Shown here in pieces: positions 6,104 through 14,590 of a DNA stretch of 24,000 bases. The translations under genes were made by a program, and so were the position numbers. Origin of the DNA: Bdellovibrio sp. (lineage in GTDB: Bacteria > Bdellovibrionota > Bdellovibrionia > Bdellovibrionales > Bdellovibrionaceae); assembly GCA_036677065.1 (NCBI GenBank), contig JAKFBS010000001.1, forward strand, positions 616,137 through 640,136. Reading direction: 5' to 3'. Within the stretch, counting starts at the first letter, position 1. Each line of letters begins with the position of its first letter. Below the pieces are notes generated by a model, which saw nothing but the letters and a program-made list of their open reading frames with translations, was not told the DNA's origin and did not search any database.

Positions 6104-8803
6104 TTACTGAAAGCGAGTTAACGCTTCCTTAAGTGAAACGACTTGAACTTTTGATTGCGCCAACAATAATCTATCAGCCGCAATTACATCTTCATCAGCG
6201 TTTGCTACGAATTTTTCGTTAGATAATTTATTCGTAAGCAAGTTGATGTCTTTATCAAGTTTTTCGATTGTTTTTTGAATACGTTTTAGCTCTTCATCAA
6301 AATCGACCAAACCTTCTAAAGGAATAATCACTTTAACTTGTGTGTCTTTTACTGATACCGAAGTTACGGCACATTTCATTAAATCGCCATCTGCACCGAT
6401 ATCTAAAGTTTCTAAACGACCGATGGTCATTAACGCTGTACGGTTATCGCTTAACGTTTTTTGAACAGCATCATCAGTTACGCCTAGACGAACTTTAAGT
6501 TTAATAGCCGGGCTAATACGATTTTCACCGCGAATATTACGCATAGCTGTGATCACTTCTTTAACGATATCAATTTCATGCTCTGCTTTTTTACTGCCGA
6601 ATGCTAAGAATTCGCGATCATTTGCCGTGGTTGGGTAGTTATCGATAATACAAGCTTCAGCTTTTAGCGGAAGTTTGGCATAGATTTCTTCAGTGATAAA
6701 CGGGCAGAACGGGTGAAGTAATCTAACGATGCGATTTAAAACATGCGCCATCACTAATTGCGTCGCTTGTTTTTGTTCTGCATTTTGTCCAGATACGATG
6801 GGTTTAGAAAATTCAATGTACCAATCGCAGAACTGATTCCAGATAAATTGGTAAAGTTCTAATGCCGCTTCAGAGAACTTTTCGCCCTCTAAGGCTTCTT
6901 GCACTTTTTTCTCGGTATCGCCTAGTTTTGAAATAATCCATTGGTCAAATACGCTGATGTTCGCTTTAGCCGGCATAGCTTTAAGGCCTTCAGCTGGAAT
7001 CGGCATATCAGAAATATTTGATAAGACGAAGCGAGACGCATTCCAAACTTTATTCATAAAGTTACGGTAGCCCTCTAAACGTTGTTCAGAGAATTTAAAA
7101 TCTTTACCGCTAAACAGATGCGCTAAGAAACTAAAACGTAAAGCATCAGCTCCGTATTTATCGATCATCTCGATTGGATCGATTGAGTTACCTAAAGATT
7201 TAGACATCTTGCGGCCTTGGGCATCGCGAACAAGCCCGTGAACATAAACTGTTCTGAACGGAACATCTTTTTTAAACTCAACACCCATGACGATCATTCT
7301 GGCAACCCAGAAGAAAATAATATCGTGACCAGTAACTAAGTAATTTGTCGGGTAGAAAGTTTTTTGTGTTTCAACAGAGTGTTGATCTTCATTAGGCCAA
7401 CCCATTGTTGAAAAAGGCCAAAGAGCAGATGAAAACCAAGTGTCTAATACATCTTCTTCTTGAGAAATCTTAGTGCTGTTGCAGTGATCACAGTGTGCAG
7501 GCGTGGTTTCTGCTACCGTGTGTTTTTCGCAATCATGGCAGTGCCATGCGGGAATACGATGCCCCCACCATAATTGGCGCGAGATACACCAGTCTTCAAT
7601 GATATTCATCCAGTGAAGATAAACTTTTGTCCACGATTCTGGTTCAAAACGGATTGTGCCAGATTCAACCACACGTTTTGCAGGAACAGCTAGCTCTTCC
7701 ATTTTAAGAAACCATTGCTCAGACATAAATGGTTCAACGATAGCGTCTGTACGCGAACAGTGACCCACTGAATGCATGTGTGGTTCTTCTTTAACTAATA
7801 GGCCTTGTGCTTTTAAGTCTTCACAAACTTTTTTGCGAGCTTCTATAACTTTTAAACCTTGGTAAGGACCAGCGTTTTCGTTCAATAGAGTTTTTTTAGT
7901 AAGAATATTAATAAATTCTAATTTGTGAGTTTTACCGATTTTGTAATCGTTAAAATCATGGGCCGGAGTAATTTTCACAACACCTGAACCAAAAGCGAGA
8001 TCTACATAAGTGTCAGCGATGATTTTAATTTTACGATTGATCAACGGAACGGTTACAGTTTTTCCGATTAAATGTTGGTAACGAGTATCGTCCGGGTGAA
8101 CACATAATGCCGTATCACCTAACATCGTTTCAGGACGAGTCGTAGCTACAGTTAACATTTCATCAGTGCCATCAACAGGGTAGTTAATGTGGTAAAGAGT
8201 TCCTTTAACTTGTTTGTGTTCAACTTCAAGATCAGAAATTGCAGACTCTAACGGGCCTGACCAATTGACTAAACGTTGGCCTTTATAAATTAAATTCTTT
8301 TTGTATAAAGAAACAAAAGTTTTACGAACAGCTTTTGAAACGCCGTCATCTAAAGTAAATGTGGCGCGTTCCCAATCACATGAATCACCTAAACGACGCA
8401 TTTGATTGTAAATACGATCGCCGTATTCGTGTTTCCATTCCCAAACTTTTTCTACGAATTTTTCGCGGCCTAAATCATGACGGGTAACGCCGCCATTTTT
8501 CTTTAACTCTTTTTCAACTACTGTTTGTGTCGCAATCCCTGCGTGATCTGTTCCTGGTAACCACATGGCATTAAAGCCAGACATACGCTTCCAGCGGATT
8601 AATAAATCTTGAATCGTGTGATCAAGTGCGTGGCCTAAATGTAAAAAGCCAGTGACATTTGGAGGAGGTAAAATAATAGAAAACGGAGGTTTTGTTGATT
8701 GATCTTGGGCTTTGAAATAGCCTTTGTCTTCCCACTGTTTGTAAACAGTAGCTTCAACGTCTTGTGGATTATAACGATCGGCGAGCGTAGTAGGATTTGT
8801 CAT
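6104..8803 (-). CDS. valS: Valine--tRNA ligase
   Basis: 899 aa with class I HIGH motif (PPPNVTGFLHLGHAL), KMSKS motif (GRKMSKSLGN), an inserted editing domain, a Cys/His cluster (WHCHDC...HCDHC) and the C-terminal coiled coil typical of ValRS. Confidence 0.97.
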   Translation of the reverse strand: MTNPTTLADRYNPQDVEATVYKQWEDKGYFKAQDQSTKPPFSIILPPPNVTGFLHLGHALDHTIQDLLIRWKRMSGFNAMWLPGTDHAGIATQTVVEKELKKNGGVTRHDLGREKFVEKVWEWKHEYGDRIYNQMRRLGDSCDWERATFTLDDGVSKAVRKTFVSLYKKNLIYKGQRLVNWSGPLESAISDLEVEHKQVKGTLYHINYPVDGTDEMLTVATTRPETMLGDTALCVHPDDTRYQHLIGKTVTVPLINRKIKIIADTYVDLAFGSGVVKITPAHDFNDYKIGKTHKLEFINILTKKTLLNENAGPYQGLKVIEARKKVCEDLKAQGLLVKEEPHMHSVGHCSRTDAIVEPFMSEQWFLKMEELAVPAKRVVESGTIRFEPESWTKVYLHWMNIIEDWCISRQLWWGHRIPAWHCHDCEKHTVAETTPAHCDHCNSTKISQEEDVLDTWFSSALWPFSTMGWPNEDQHSVETQKTFYPTNYLVTGHDIIFFWVARMIVMGVEFKKDVPFRTVYVHGLVRDAQGRKMSKSLGNSIDPIEMIDKYGADALRFSFLAHLFSGKDFKFSEQRLEGYRNFMNKVWNASRFVLSNISDMPIPAEGLKAMPAKANISVFDQWIISKLGDTEKKVQEALEGEKFSEAALELYQFIWNQFCDWYIEFSKPIVSGQNAEQKQATQLVMAHVLNRIVRLLHPFCPFITEEIYAKLPLKAEACIIDNYPTTANDREFLAFGSKKAEHEIDIVKEVITAMRNIRGENRISPAIKLKVRLGVTDDAVQKTLSDNRTALMTIGRLETLDIGADGDLMKCAVTSVSVKDTQVKVIIPLEGLVDFDEELKRIQKTIEKLDKDINLLTNKLSNEKFVANADEDVIAADRLLLAQSKVQVVSLKEALTRFQ

Positions 8804-8822
8804 AGCTATCTAAGATAGCAAT

Positions 8823-9152
8823 TTAGCCTCGGTCAGTCACCATTTGCTGATAACCGCCATCAATTAGATAGACGTTTGTATAACCTTTTTTTTCTAAACT
8901 ATTAGCGATGCGCTCAGATTGCTTGCCATCAGGGCATAATAACAAAAGAGCAAAGTCTTTCGGGATCTTACGCTCATCTAATTCTTGCTGGAGCTGGCTT
9001 TCGGTGGTCATGATCTGCCAAGCTTCGACATGCATTTTTTGAATCGAAGAATACCAAGGGGCAATATCAGTTCCAAAATTAAAGAACATAAAGGGAACGC
9101 GGTTTTCGATCAGATTATTTAATTGGTAATAGCCGATTTTATTAAAACTCAT
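8823..9152 (-). CDS. Single-domain rhodanese-like sulfurtransferase
   Basis: 109 aa. Active-site loop region FALLLLCPDGKQSERIANSLEKKGYTNVYLIDGGYQQM matches the rhodanese pattern C-x2-G-x-x-S ... GG. The start overlaps the MFS stop as ATGA (9149-9152). Confidence 0.7.
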   Translation of the reverse strand: MSFNKIGYYQLNNLIENRVPFMFFNFGTDIAPWYSSIQKMHVEAWQIMTTESQLQQELDERKIPKDFALLLLCPDGKQSERIANSLEKKGYTNVYLIDGGYQQMVTDRG

Positions 9153-10414
9153 ACGTTCGCCTTTTTTGCATGATCTGGAAGATCTTTAAAAATCATAAAA
9201 ATAATCGTTAATGCAAATAGCGTGAAAGCGCCAGCCAGTAAAAATGGAGATCCTTTAAATGCGCTTTGTAGCAAAAAGCCGCCAATCGGTGGCCCAATGA
9301 CTCGGCCTAACGCCGATAAACTTTGCGTTGTTCCCATAGCTAAACCTTGTTCTTCTGGGGGAACAAGAAGAGAAACACTTCCCATAAAAGCAGGGTTGGT
9401 TAATCCATGGCCTAACGATAACAGGGTCATCGTAATACCCATAGCCGGAATACTTGGCGCAAATGCAATTCCTGCAAGTCCTAAACCTAATAAAAGTAAT
9501 CCCAGACAAAGAACTTTCTTTTCGCCCACTTTAGGTAAAAGGCGACGCACGAGAAAACCCTGCGTGAAAACAATGATTACACCGATGTAAGCAAATCCAA
9601 AACTGACTTCTTTGATGTTCCAGTTAAAAACTTCTTTCATGTAAAGCACTAAAGAAGATTCCATTAAAGCCATCGCCAGTGTTGCTAGCGCAAAGCAGGT
9701 CATCAATGGGCCGACAGTTTTAGTTTTGAAGTAACGAGCAAGGTGAGACAATTTTTTTGCTTTTTCAGCACTGTTTTTAGCGCGTGTTTCTGGGCTGATG
9801 GATTCTTTTAAATTAAAGTAAGCAAAAATAAATGTGAACAAACACAACAGCGCTACGCCAAAAGAAGAAAACCCTGCGATAAAACCCATGTCAGTAGACA
9901 TCGTTTCGGCCCAAATAGTTAAACCGCCACCGATCGCTGGTCCGAATAAAAATCCTAAACCAAAAGCTACGCCAATCACGGCCATACCCTTAGATCTATT
10001 TTCTGGAGTCGTCACATCAGAAACATAAGCCGAAGCCGTTGAAATCGATGCGCCAAAAAAGCCGGTTAAAATACGCGCGACAAAAAGCATTTCTATTGAA
10101 CGTGAATACGCTAAGACCAAATAAGAAATCATTTCACCCAAAAGGCAGTACATTAAAATGGGTCTGCGGCCGTAGCGATCTGATAGTTTTCCCCAAAACG
10201 GAGCAAAAATAAATTGCATCAAAGAATAAGACGCCATCAGTAAGCCGGCAATCCAAGGGGTTGCGCCGTAGTGAACACTTAAAAGGGGAATCACTGGAAT
10301 GATCATTCCAAAACCTAAAAGGTAAATGAAAACTGTGAAAAATATGACGATAAGTGGTTTTGAATTTGGGTTGCTCATATTAGCCGATCTAGACCTTTGT
10401 CTTCTGCTTTTCAT
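9149..10414 (-). CDS. MFS transporter (DHA1/Tet-like)
   Basis: 421 aa and multi-TM throughout. MFS motif A GKLSDRYGRRPIL lies after TM2. The alternative start at 10378 (MSNPNSK) is not excluded. Confidence 0.85.
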   Translation of the reverse strand: MKSRRQRSRSANMSNPNSKPLIVIFFTVFIYLLGFGMIIPVIPLLSVHYGATPWIAGLLMASYSLMQFIFAPFWGKLSDRYGRRPILMYCLLGEMISYLVLAYSRSIEMLFVARILTGFFGASISTASAYVSDVTTPENRSKGMAVIGVAFGLGFLFGPAIGGGLTIWAETMSTDMGFIAGFSSFGVALLCLFTFIFAYFNLKESISPETRAKNSAEKAKKLSHLARYFKTKTVGPLMTCFALATLAMALMESSLVLYMKEVFNWNIKEVSFGFAYIGVIIVFTQGFLVRRLLPKVGEKKVLCLGLLLLGLGLAGIAFAPSIPAMGITMTLLSLGHGLTNPAFMGSVSLLVPPEEQGLAMGTTQSLSALGRVIGPPIGGFLLQSAFKGSPFLLAGAFTLFALTIIFMIFKDLPDHAKKANV

Positions 10415-10442
10415 ATATAAACTCGGTTACACTGGTGTGGCT

Positions 10443-11645
10443 ATGAAAAAAACATCAAATACACTGCGTTCTAAGGTTAATTTTGTCGTCCTAACGATGA
10501 CACTTTTTTCAACTGCTCAAAGCTGGGCGTTTTTTGATCCCTATCAGGTGTATCGCCCGCAAAGATTCGATTTGGCCGTAGATGCCCAATTTTATAAAAC
10601 CACAGCCAATTTCGATTCAGGTGGTGAAAAAATCGACTTACCTTTTGAAAATAGCTTTCAAATTATCGATGTGAATCCCCAATTACGCTGGGGAATGTTT
10701 CGTGACCTTGGGGTTCGTTTAGGCGCTAATATTGGCTCTTCTGAATCGGTTGATCCAATCAATACACGTAATAATTCTACAGTAAATCGTGTGGATGTCG
10801 GGGCGGATTACCAATTATTAAATTATGAATCTTTTCAAACGATCGTCGATTTTGAATATTCTCACCCTATGGAAAAAATCGATGTCGCCACTGATTCTTC
10901 GTTAAACAGTAACGGGGCTTCTGAAATTAAACCAACGCTGATCATGAGAATGGATTTAGGAAGTTTTTACCCGTACGCCTATTTGGGCGGAAACATTCGC
11001 AATGAAGGCTTATCAACACTATTAACTTATGGTGTTGGCGGAGAATTTCGTTTTTCAGAATTAGGGTTAGGCGCCGTTGTTGAAGGTTTTAGTTCGGTTA
11101 AGGATGATGAATTCACCAATTCGGCTTCACGCCGCGATCTGATCACGACACGCGTGAATGGTGGCAGTAAAAAGTTTTATTCAATCAATCCAAATGCATT
11201 AGCCGCAGAAGTTTTTTTAAATTTTGCCATGACAGAATGGATTAAGTTTAAAGCTTACGGCGGAGCTGATGTAACGGGATCAAATACCTCACAAGGATTT
11301 TTTGTCGGCGGTGCGCTGACATTGACTCTTGATTATGGCAATGGCAGCGATGATCTTGAAGAGCAACGCGTGATTCGTCGGTCACAGCGTCCGGCAAAGA
11401 AAGTAAAAAAACCAGTCGATAACGGTTTCAAAGAAAGCACTGATGATGGAGTAGACCAAAATTATTTTAAATCAGTAGATCCAAGTAATGATGATTACGT
11501 GCAACCGATTGAAGAAGAGCAGCAACAACCAGCACCCCAAAATGGAACCAGCTCTAGTGTTAACCCAAGTACACAAGGTGATTTGGATCAGCTCGGTTAT
11601 CAAATCAAATTAAAGAAACTTAAAAAGAAAAAGAAAAATCAGTAA
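10443..11645 (+). CDS. Outer-membrane beta-barrel-like protein with a disordered acidic/Lys-rich C-terminal tail
   Basis: I moved the start from 10326 to ATG 10443. This yields signal peptide MKKTSNTLRSKVNFVVLTMTLFSTAQSWA|FF and avoids overlap with the divergent MFS gene. The body shows an alternating-hydrophobic strand pattern (e.g. AAEVFLNFAM, GFFVGGALTLTLDYG). The last ~100 aa are low complexity and end KLKKLKKKKKNQ. Confidence 0.6.
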   Translation: MKKTSNTLRSKVNFVVLTMTLFSTAQSWAFFDPYQVYRPQRFDLAVDAQFYKTTANFDSGGEKIDLPFENSFQIIDVNPQLRWGMFRDLGVRLGANIGSSESVDPINTRNNSTVNRVDVGADYQLLNYESFQTIVDFEYSHPMEKIDVATDSSLNSNGASEIKPTLIMRMDLGSFYPYAYLGGNIRNEGLSTLLTYGVGGEFRFSELGLGAVVEGFSSVKDDEFTNSASRRDLITTRVNGGSKKFYSINPNALAAEVFLNFAMTEWIKFKAYGGADVTGSNTSQGFFVGGALTLTLDYGNGSDDLEEQRVIRRSQRPAKKVKKPVDNGFKESTDDGVDQNYFKSVDPSNDDYVQPIEEEQQQPAPQNGTSSSVNPSTQGDLDQLGYQIKLKKLKKKKKNQ

Positions 11646-11653
11646 GGCGCTTC

Positions 11654-11681
11654 GTGGCTATTTGCCACAGTAGCCTTTCTT
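11654..11681 (+). terminator. Weak terminator candidate after the OMP-like gene
   Basis: Either gtggc/gccac or ggcta/tagcc can pair (5 bp each), followed by tttctt (11676-11681). Confidence 0.4.
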
Positions 11682-11762
11682 ATTACAATCATAACAAAAT
11701 AAATAATGACAAGTTTTGTAAGCCTTGATAGCTTGTCTCTATTCTATTGAAAGGAGAATCAC

Positions 11763-11846
11763 ATGATTACAAATATTAATACGCACGCCTTAGAGCAAAC
11801 ATTAGCCGTCGAAATGTCCGATTCTCCTATGGCACATCAATTCTAG
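11763..11846 (+). CDS. Candidate small ORF (27 aa: MITNINTHALEQTLAVEMSDSPMAHQF)
   Basis: It has the strongest SD in the spacer: AAAGGAG (11750-11756) lies 6 nt before ATG 11763. It is too short for the ORF track, and there is no homology evidence. Confidence 0.3.
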   Translation: MITNINTHALEQTLAVEMSDSPMAHQF

Positions 11847-12029
11847 CAATCTAGTTAGAATCAAAAAGAGAATCCAAACAAAATTAAAGAATGAATCGCG
11901 ACTGGCCGTCCGCGATAATTAACATTATCGTCAAAGCTCGTTGTGGGTTTTTTCATTCTAAAATTTCAAAAAACAGATCAATTATTTTTATTTAACCGCA
12001 CTCGGAAACGAGCGCAAAAAGGATATTTT

Positions 12030-12281
12030 ATGAAAAACGCTAAAAATTATTTAGCATTATACGAAAATTGGGAAAATTCAAACGCGGAGGAGCTTTGGCG
12101 CCTTTGGAAAAGCGTTCTGAAGTGTATTAGCCTGATCGCTTACTCATTTCACGCCATCGTGAAACTAGCGATCGGGTTTTTATTAAATTCTAATTATTTA
12201 GTTAAGCACAACGAATTCGGAAAACTACCAGAAGAAATTTCTGGTAGTTTTTCTAACAATCAGAACTGGTATCGTAATTAA
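12030..12281 (+). CDS. Doubtful hypothetical small membrane protein (83 aa)
   Basis: This is the ATG 12030 version of track ORF 11943..12281, with AAAGGA 6 nt upstream and one hydrophobic segment (CISLIAYSFHAIVKLAIGFLL). A perfect intrinsic terminator lies inside its last 60 nt, which argues against this ORF as annotated. Confidence 0.3.
   Translation: MKNAKNYLALYENWENSNAEELWRLWKSVLKCISLIAYSFHAIVKLAIGFLLNSNYLVKHNEFGKLPEEISGSFSNNQNWYRN
12221..12251. terminator. Bidirectional rho-independent terminator (perfect extended palindrome)
   Basis: aaaa-ctaccagaa-gaaat-ttctggtag-tttt has a 9-bp GC-containing stem flanked by A4 and T4+. It lies ~55 nt downstream of the minus-strand lipoprotein stop (12303). 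Confidence 0.8.
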
Positions 12282-12302
12282 TGCCAGTTCTTTATCTACA
12301 CT

Positions 12303-12905
12303 TTACAAGTCTTGAGTTTTTAGGCCATTGTTTGGATTTACACCCTTAGAATGAATATCAGTTACGCCATTGGTATGAATATCAAAAAGAGTTTTAATCA
12401 GATCTGAATATTCTTCAGTCGTTTCTGCATAACGAGTTGTTGGATTGCCTGGTGACCATGAATTAATAGTTCCAACAGGTTCTTTGTTTTGTTTTAAGTC
12501 AGCCATTGAGTTATATAAATGTAAAATTGGAGTGTCGCAATAATTTGGAGATTTTTCAAAACGTTGAAAAATCTTACAGTAGCCAAGTTTGGCGTAAAAA
12601 ATTCTTCCTGGTTTAAGAATGCCCGCTGTTTTAGGTGGAGCTTTCATTTGAAAGTAGCCAGCAAATTTAGAGCCCTTATATTGAACTTCCTCTTTTGCAT
12701 AAACGAGCGCAAGATTCTGAATAGGAGCTTCGTTATCAAATCCAGTAATAGCCGAATTGACTCTAAGTTGAAGAACGCGATCGTAATTCGCTACACTTCT
12801 TTCAACATTTGTTTTTACAGGTTGTGCTGCTGATTGAGTGACCATTGGTTGATGTGCGCATGAAAATGCAAACACAGCGAATAAAGCAGATAATAAAAGT
12901 TTCAT
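12303..12905 (-). CDS. Hypothetical lipoprotein
   Basis: I moved the start to ATG 12905, with GGAGAA 8 nt upstream on the minus strand. MKLLLSALFAVFAFS|C is a lipobox-like signal. No family recognised. Confidence 0.7.
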   Translation of the reverse strand: MKLLLSALFAVFAFSCAHQPMVTQSAAQPVKTNVERSVANYDRVLQLRVNSAITGFDNEAPIQNLALVYAKEEVQYKGSKFAGYFQMKAPPKTAGILKPGRIFYAKLGYCKIFQRFEKSPNYCDTPILHLYNSMADLKQNKEPVGTINSWSPGNPTTRYAETTEEYSDLIKTLFDIHTNGVTDIHSKGVNPNNGLKTQDL

Positions 12906-12997
12906 AAATTTTTCTCCGTTATACATCTTAGCGTTTAGCGCGAAAGACACATAGTCCAGATTAGGCAATGCCTAGAACAATGTCAGAGTTATAGATG

Positions 12998-13013
12998 AGC
13001 CCCCGAGGGGGCT
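12998..13013. other. GC-rich hairpin downstream of divIVA (terminator-like, poor U-tract)
   Basis: agccccc-ga-gggggct has 5-7 bp of G:C pairs. No clear T-run follows on the minus strand. Confidence 0.35.
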
Positions 13014-13096
13014 TTCCTAAGATTGTGTTGTCGTACATGTTGTAAATCGTCTTGGGAGGGGCGATTTGGTTTTAGATTTTTTATTTTTTGTAAGAA

Positions 13097-13582
13097 CTAT
13101 TCAAGATCTATGTTTTGCATGCGCATTTTCGGCATGTAGGTTTCAGCTTGTTCTAATAATGACAAGTGGGCCTGAGCCATGGCTTTAAGATTGGCTTCGA
13201 ATTGCATTCTTGATTTTTTAAGATCAGAAATTTCAGTATAAATTTTACGTAAAGAGTCTTTTGCATCGCGCGTGATTGTTTCTGCCTTTTGTTGGGCGTC
13301 AGCAATAACTAATTTGCATTCGTGTTCTGCTTCTTGTTTCATTTGATCTGATAACTTAGTTGCTTGTGTGATAGCGCTGCGTAAGACATTATCGCGATCA
13401 CGAAATTCGTGAAGCTGTAATTCTTTTTCTTTAAGTTCTGCAGTTAGTGTTTGAATTTGTTGTGCAAGATTTTCAGTTTGCGCAGCAATAATCGTTAAAA
13501 AATTCACAACTTGTTCAGGATCAAAGCCCATCATCTTGCGATCAAAGGTCTTATTGATAATCTCAGTTGGGTAAAATTTCAT
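13097..13582 (-). CDS. divIVA: DivIVA-domain protein
   Basis: 161 aa. The N-terminus MKFYPTEIINKTFDRKMMGFDPEQVVNFL matches the DivIVA lipid-binding domain pattern (I..K.F......GYD..EV..FL), followed by a coiled coil. A strong SD GGAGG lies 7 nt upstream. Confidence 0.9.
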   Translation of the reverse strand: MKFYPTEIINKTFDRKMMGFDPEQVVNFLTIIAAQTENLAQQIQTLTAELKEKELQLHEFRDRDNVLRSAITQATKLSDQMKQEAEHECKLVIADAQQKAETITRDAKDSLRKIYTEISDLKKSRMQFEANLKAMAQAHLSLLEQAETYMPKMRMQNIDLE

Positions 13583-13734
13583 TTAATTCCTCCATGAATC
13601 AAATTACGAACCCGTTGGTCTCTATTTAAGTATAGGCAATCCTTGCCCTAAAAAAAAGTCGAGTCCAAGGATGTGGTCATATCCTGTACCTTAGGAGGAG
13701 GACCTAAAGTCGTGCTGAATTGTGTCGTTTAAAC

Positions 13735-14580
13735 TTAGCTTAGACCTAAGTCTGTCTGGCGAGAGATTTCGCGTGAGCGAAGGGCTGCTTTTTCAAAGCT
13801 GATGCGTAAAGCGCGTTCGATCTCTAATTCGCGCATCGAATTTAAACCAGCGGCTGTAACCCCTTTTTTAGAAGTCACACGTTGTTGTAATTCTTCGATA
13901 TCAACACCTGAAGATTGAGCAGCTAATAAAGATGCGCCGACAAAAGTTTCAATCGTCATCACTTTAGCCTGTTCAGGGGTAAAGCCATGTTCAATGATCC
14001 AATCTTGCCAGTACATCATCATTTCAAAAACAAAGCCTGTACCGCTTGAACAAGAAATCATTAAAGCATCAAATTGGTCTTCAGTGTCTAATTCTAATAT
14101 TACGCCTAAGCCGGAAAACAGATCTTTCGTGATTTCAATAACCGCGACATCTTTTTTATGCGCCAGTAATCCTAAAACACCGCGACCAATTAATGATGGT
14201 GTGTTTGGCATAAGGCGAACTAGGCGGCCTTGCGGAATTAATTTTTCCAACGAGTGCATTGGGATGCCCGCAGCTAATGAGATGATGATTTGATTTTCAT
14301 CAAAAGCTGAAACTAAATTTGCCATCGCTGCAGGTAAGTCTTGCGGTTTCATTGCTAAAATTACGATGTCGCACTCTTCAACGATTTGTTCGTTATGTTC
14401 GCGAATTTCGATTTGATATAATTCTTTAAGCTTAAGGGGTTTACCCGGAGTGCGGTTCGAGACAAAAATTTGATCCGGTCTCATGAGTTTTGACTCAATG
14501 ATTCCTTTAATTAGGGCCTGAGCCATGTGTCCTGCGCCGATGAAACCAATTTTGTAAGACCGAAGTAAAGGATGAGTCAT
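13735..14580 (-). CDS. proC: Pyrroline-5-carboxylate reductase
   Basis: I moved the start to ATG 14580 (MTHPLLRSYKIGFIGAGHMAQALIKGI, a Rossmann GxGxxA motif). The track start 14676 would overlap the upstream gene by 86 nt. The C-terminal TSKKGVTAAGL motif is typical of ProC. Confidence 0.9.
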   Translation of the reverse strand: MTHPLLRSYKIGFIGAGHMAQALIKGIIESKLMRPDQIFVSNRTPGKPLKLKELYQIEIREHNEQIVEECDIVILAMKPQDLPAAMANLVSAFDENQIIISLAAGIPMHSLEKLIPQGRLVRLMPNTPSLIGRGVLGLLAHKKDVAVIEITKDLFSGLGVILELDTEDQFDALMISCSSGTGFVFEMMMYWQDWIIEHGFTPEQAKVMTIETFVGASLLAAQSSGVDIEELQQRVTSKKGVTAAGLNSMRELEIERALRISFEKAALRSREISRQTDLGLS

Positions 14581-14590
14581 ACTCGTTAGG

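Noticed and set aside
8804-8822. Palindrome gctatc-taa-gatagc abutting the valS start codon
   Set aside because: It has only 6 bp. It could be an operator or RNA hairpin, but it cannot be told apart from chance without conservation data. It does not resemble a T-box leader, which would be far longer.
9222-10028. Track ORFs 9222..9590 (+), 9255..9509 (-, other frame) and 9834..10028 (+)
   Set aside because: They are embedded in or antisense to the MFS transporter gene, whose 12-TM pattern and motif A clearly define the real frame.
10326-10442. ATG 10326 start of the OMP-like ORF
   Set aside because: It would overlap the divergent MFS gene by ~90 nt and put 39 non-signal residues before an obvious signal peptide. 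ATG 10443 is preferred.
11943-12029. GTG 11943 extension of ORF 11943..12281
   Set aside because: There is no SD, and it begins inside a T-run. The ATG 12030 version is itself doubtful.
12564-12968. Antisense ORF 12564..12833 (+) and the N-terminal extension 12906..12968 of the lipoprotein ORF
   Set aside because: The antisense ORF lies inside the lipoprotein CDS. The extension precedes an SD-supported ATG that yields a lipobox signal peptide.
13583-13734. proC-divIVA spacer as a possible ncRNA or terminator (hairpins aggat/atcct and ggcaa/ttgcc, T8 on the minus strand)
   Set aside because: The stems are only 5 bp and the T-run is not adjacent to a stem. I cannot support a specific call, so it is mentioned only under the synteny finding.
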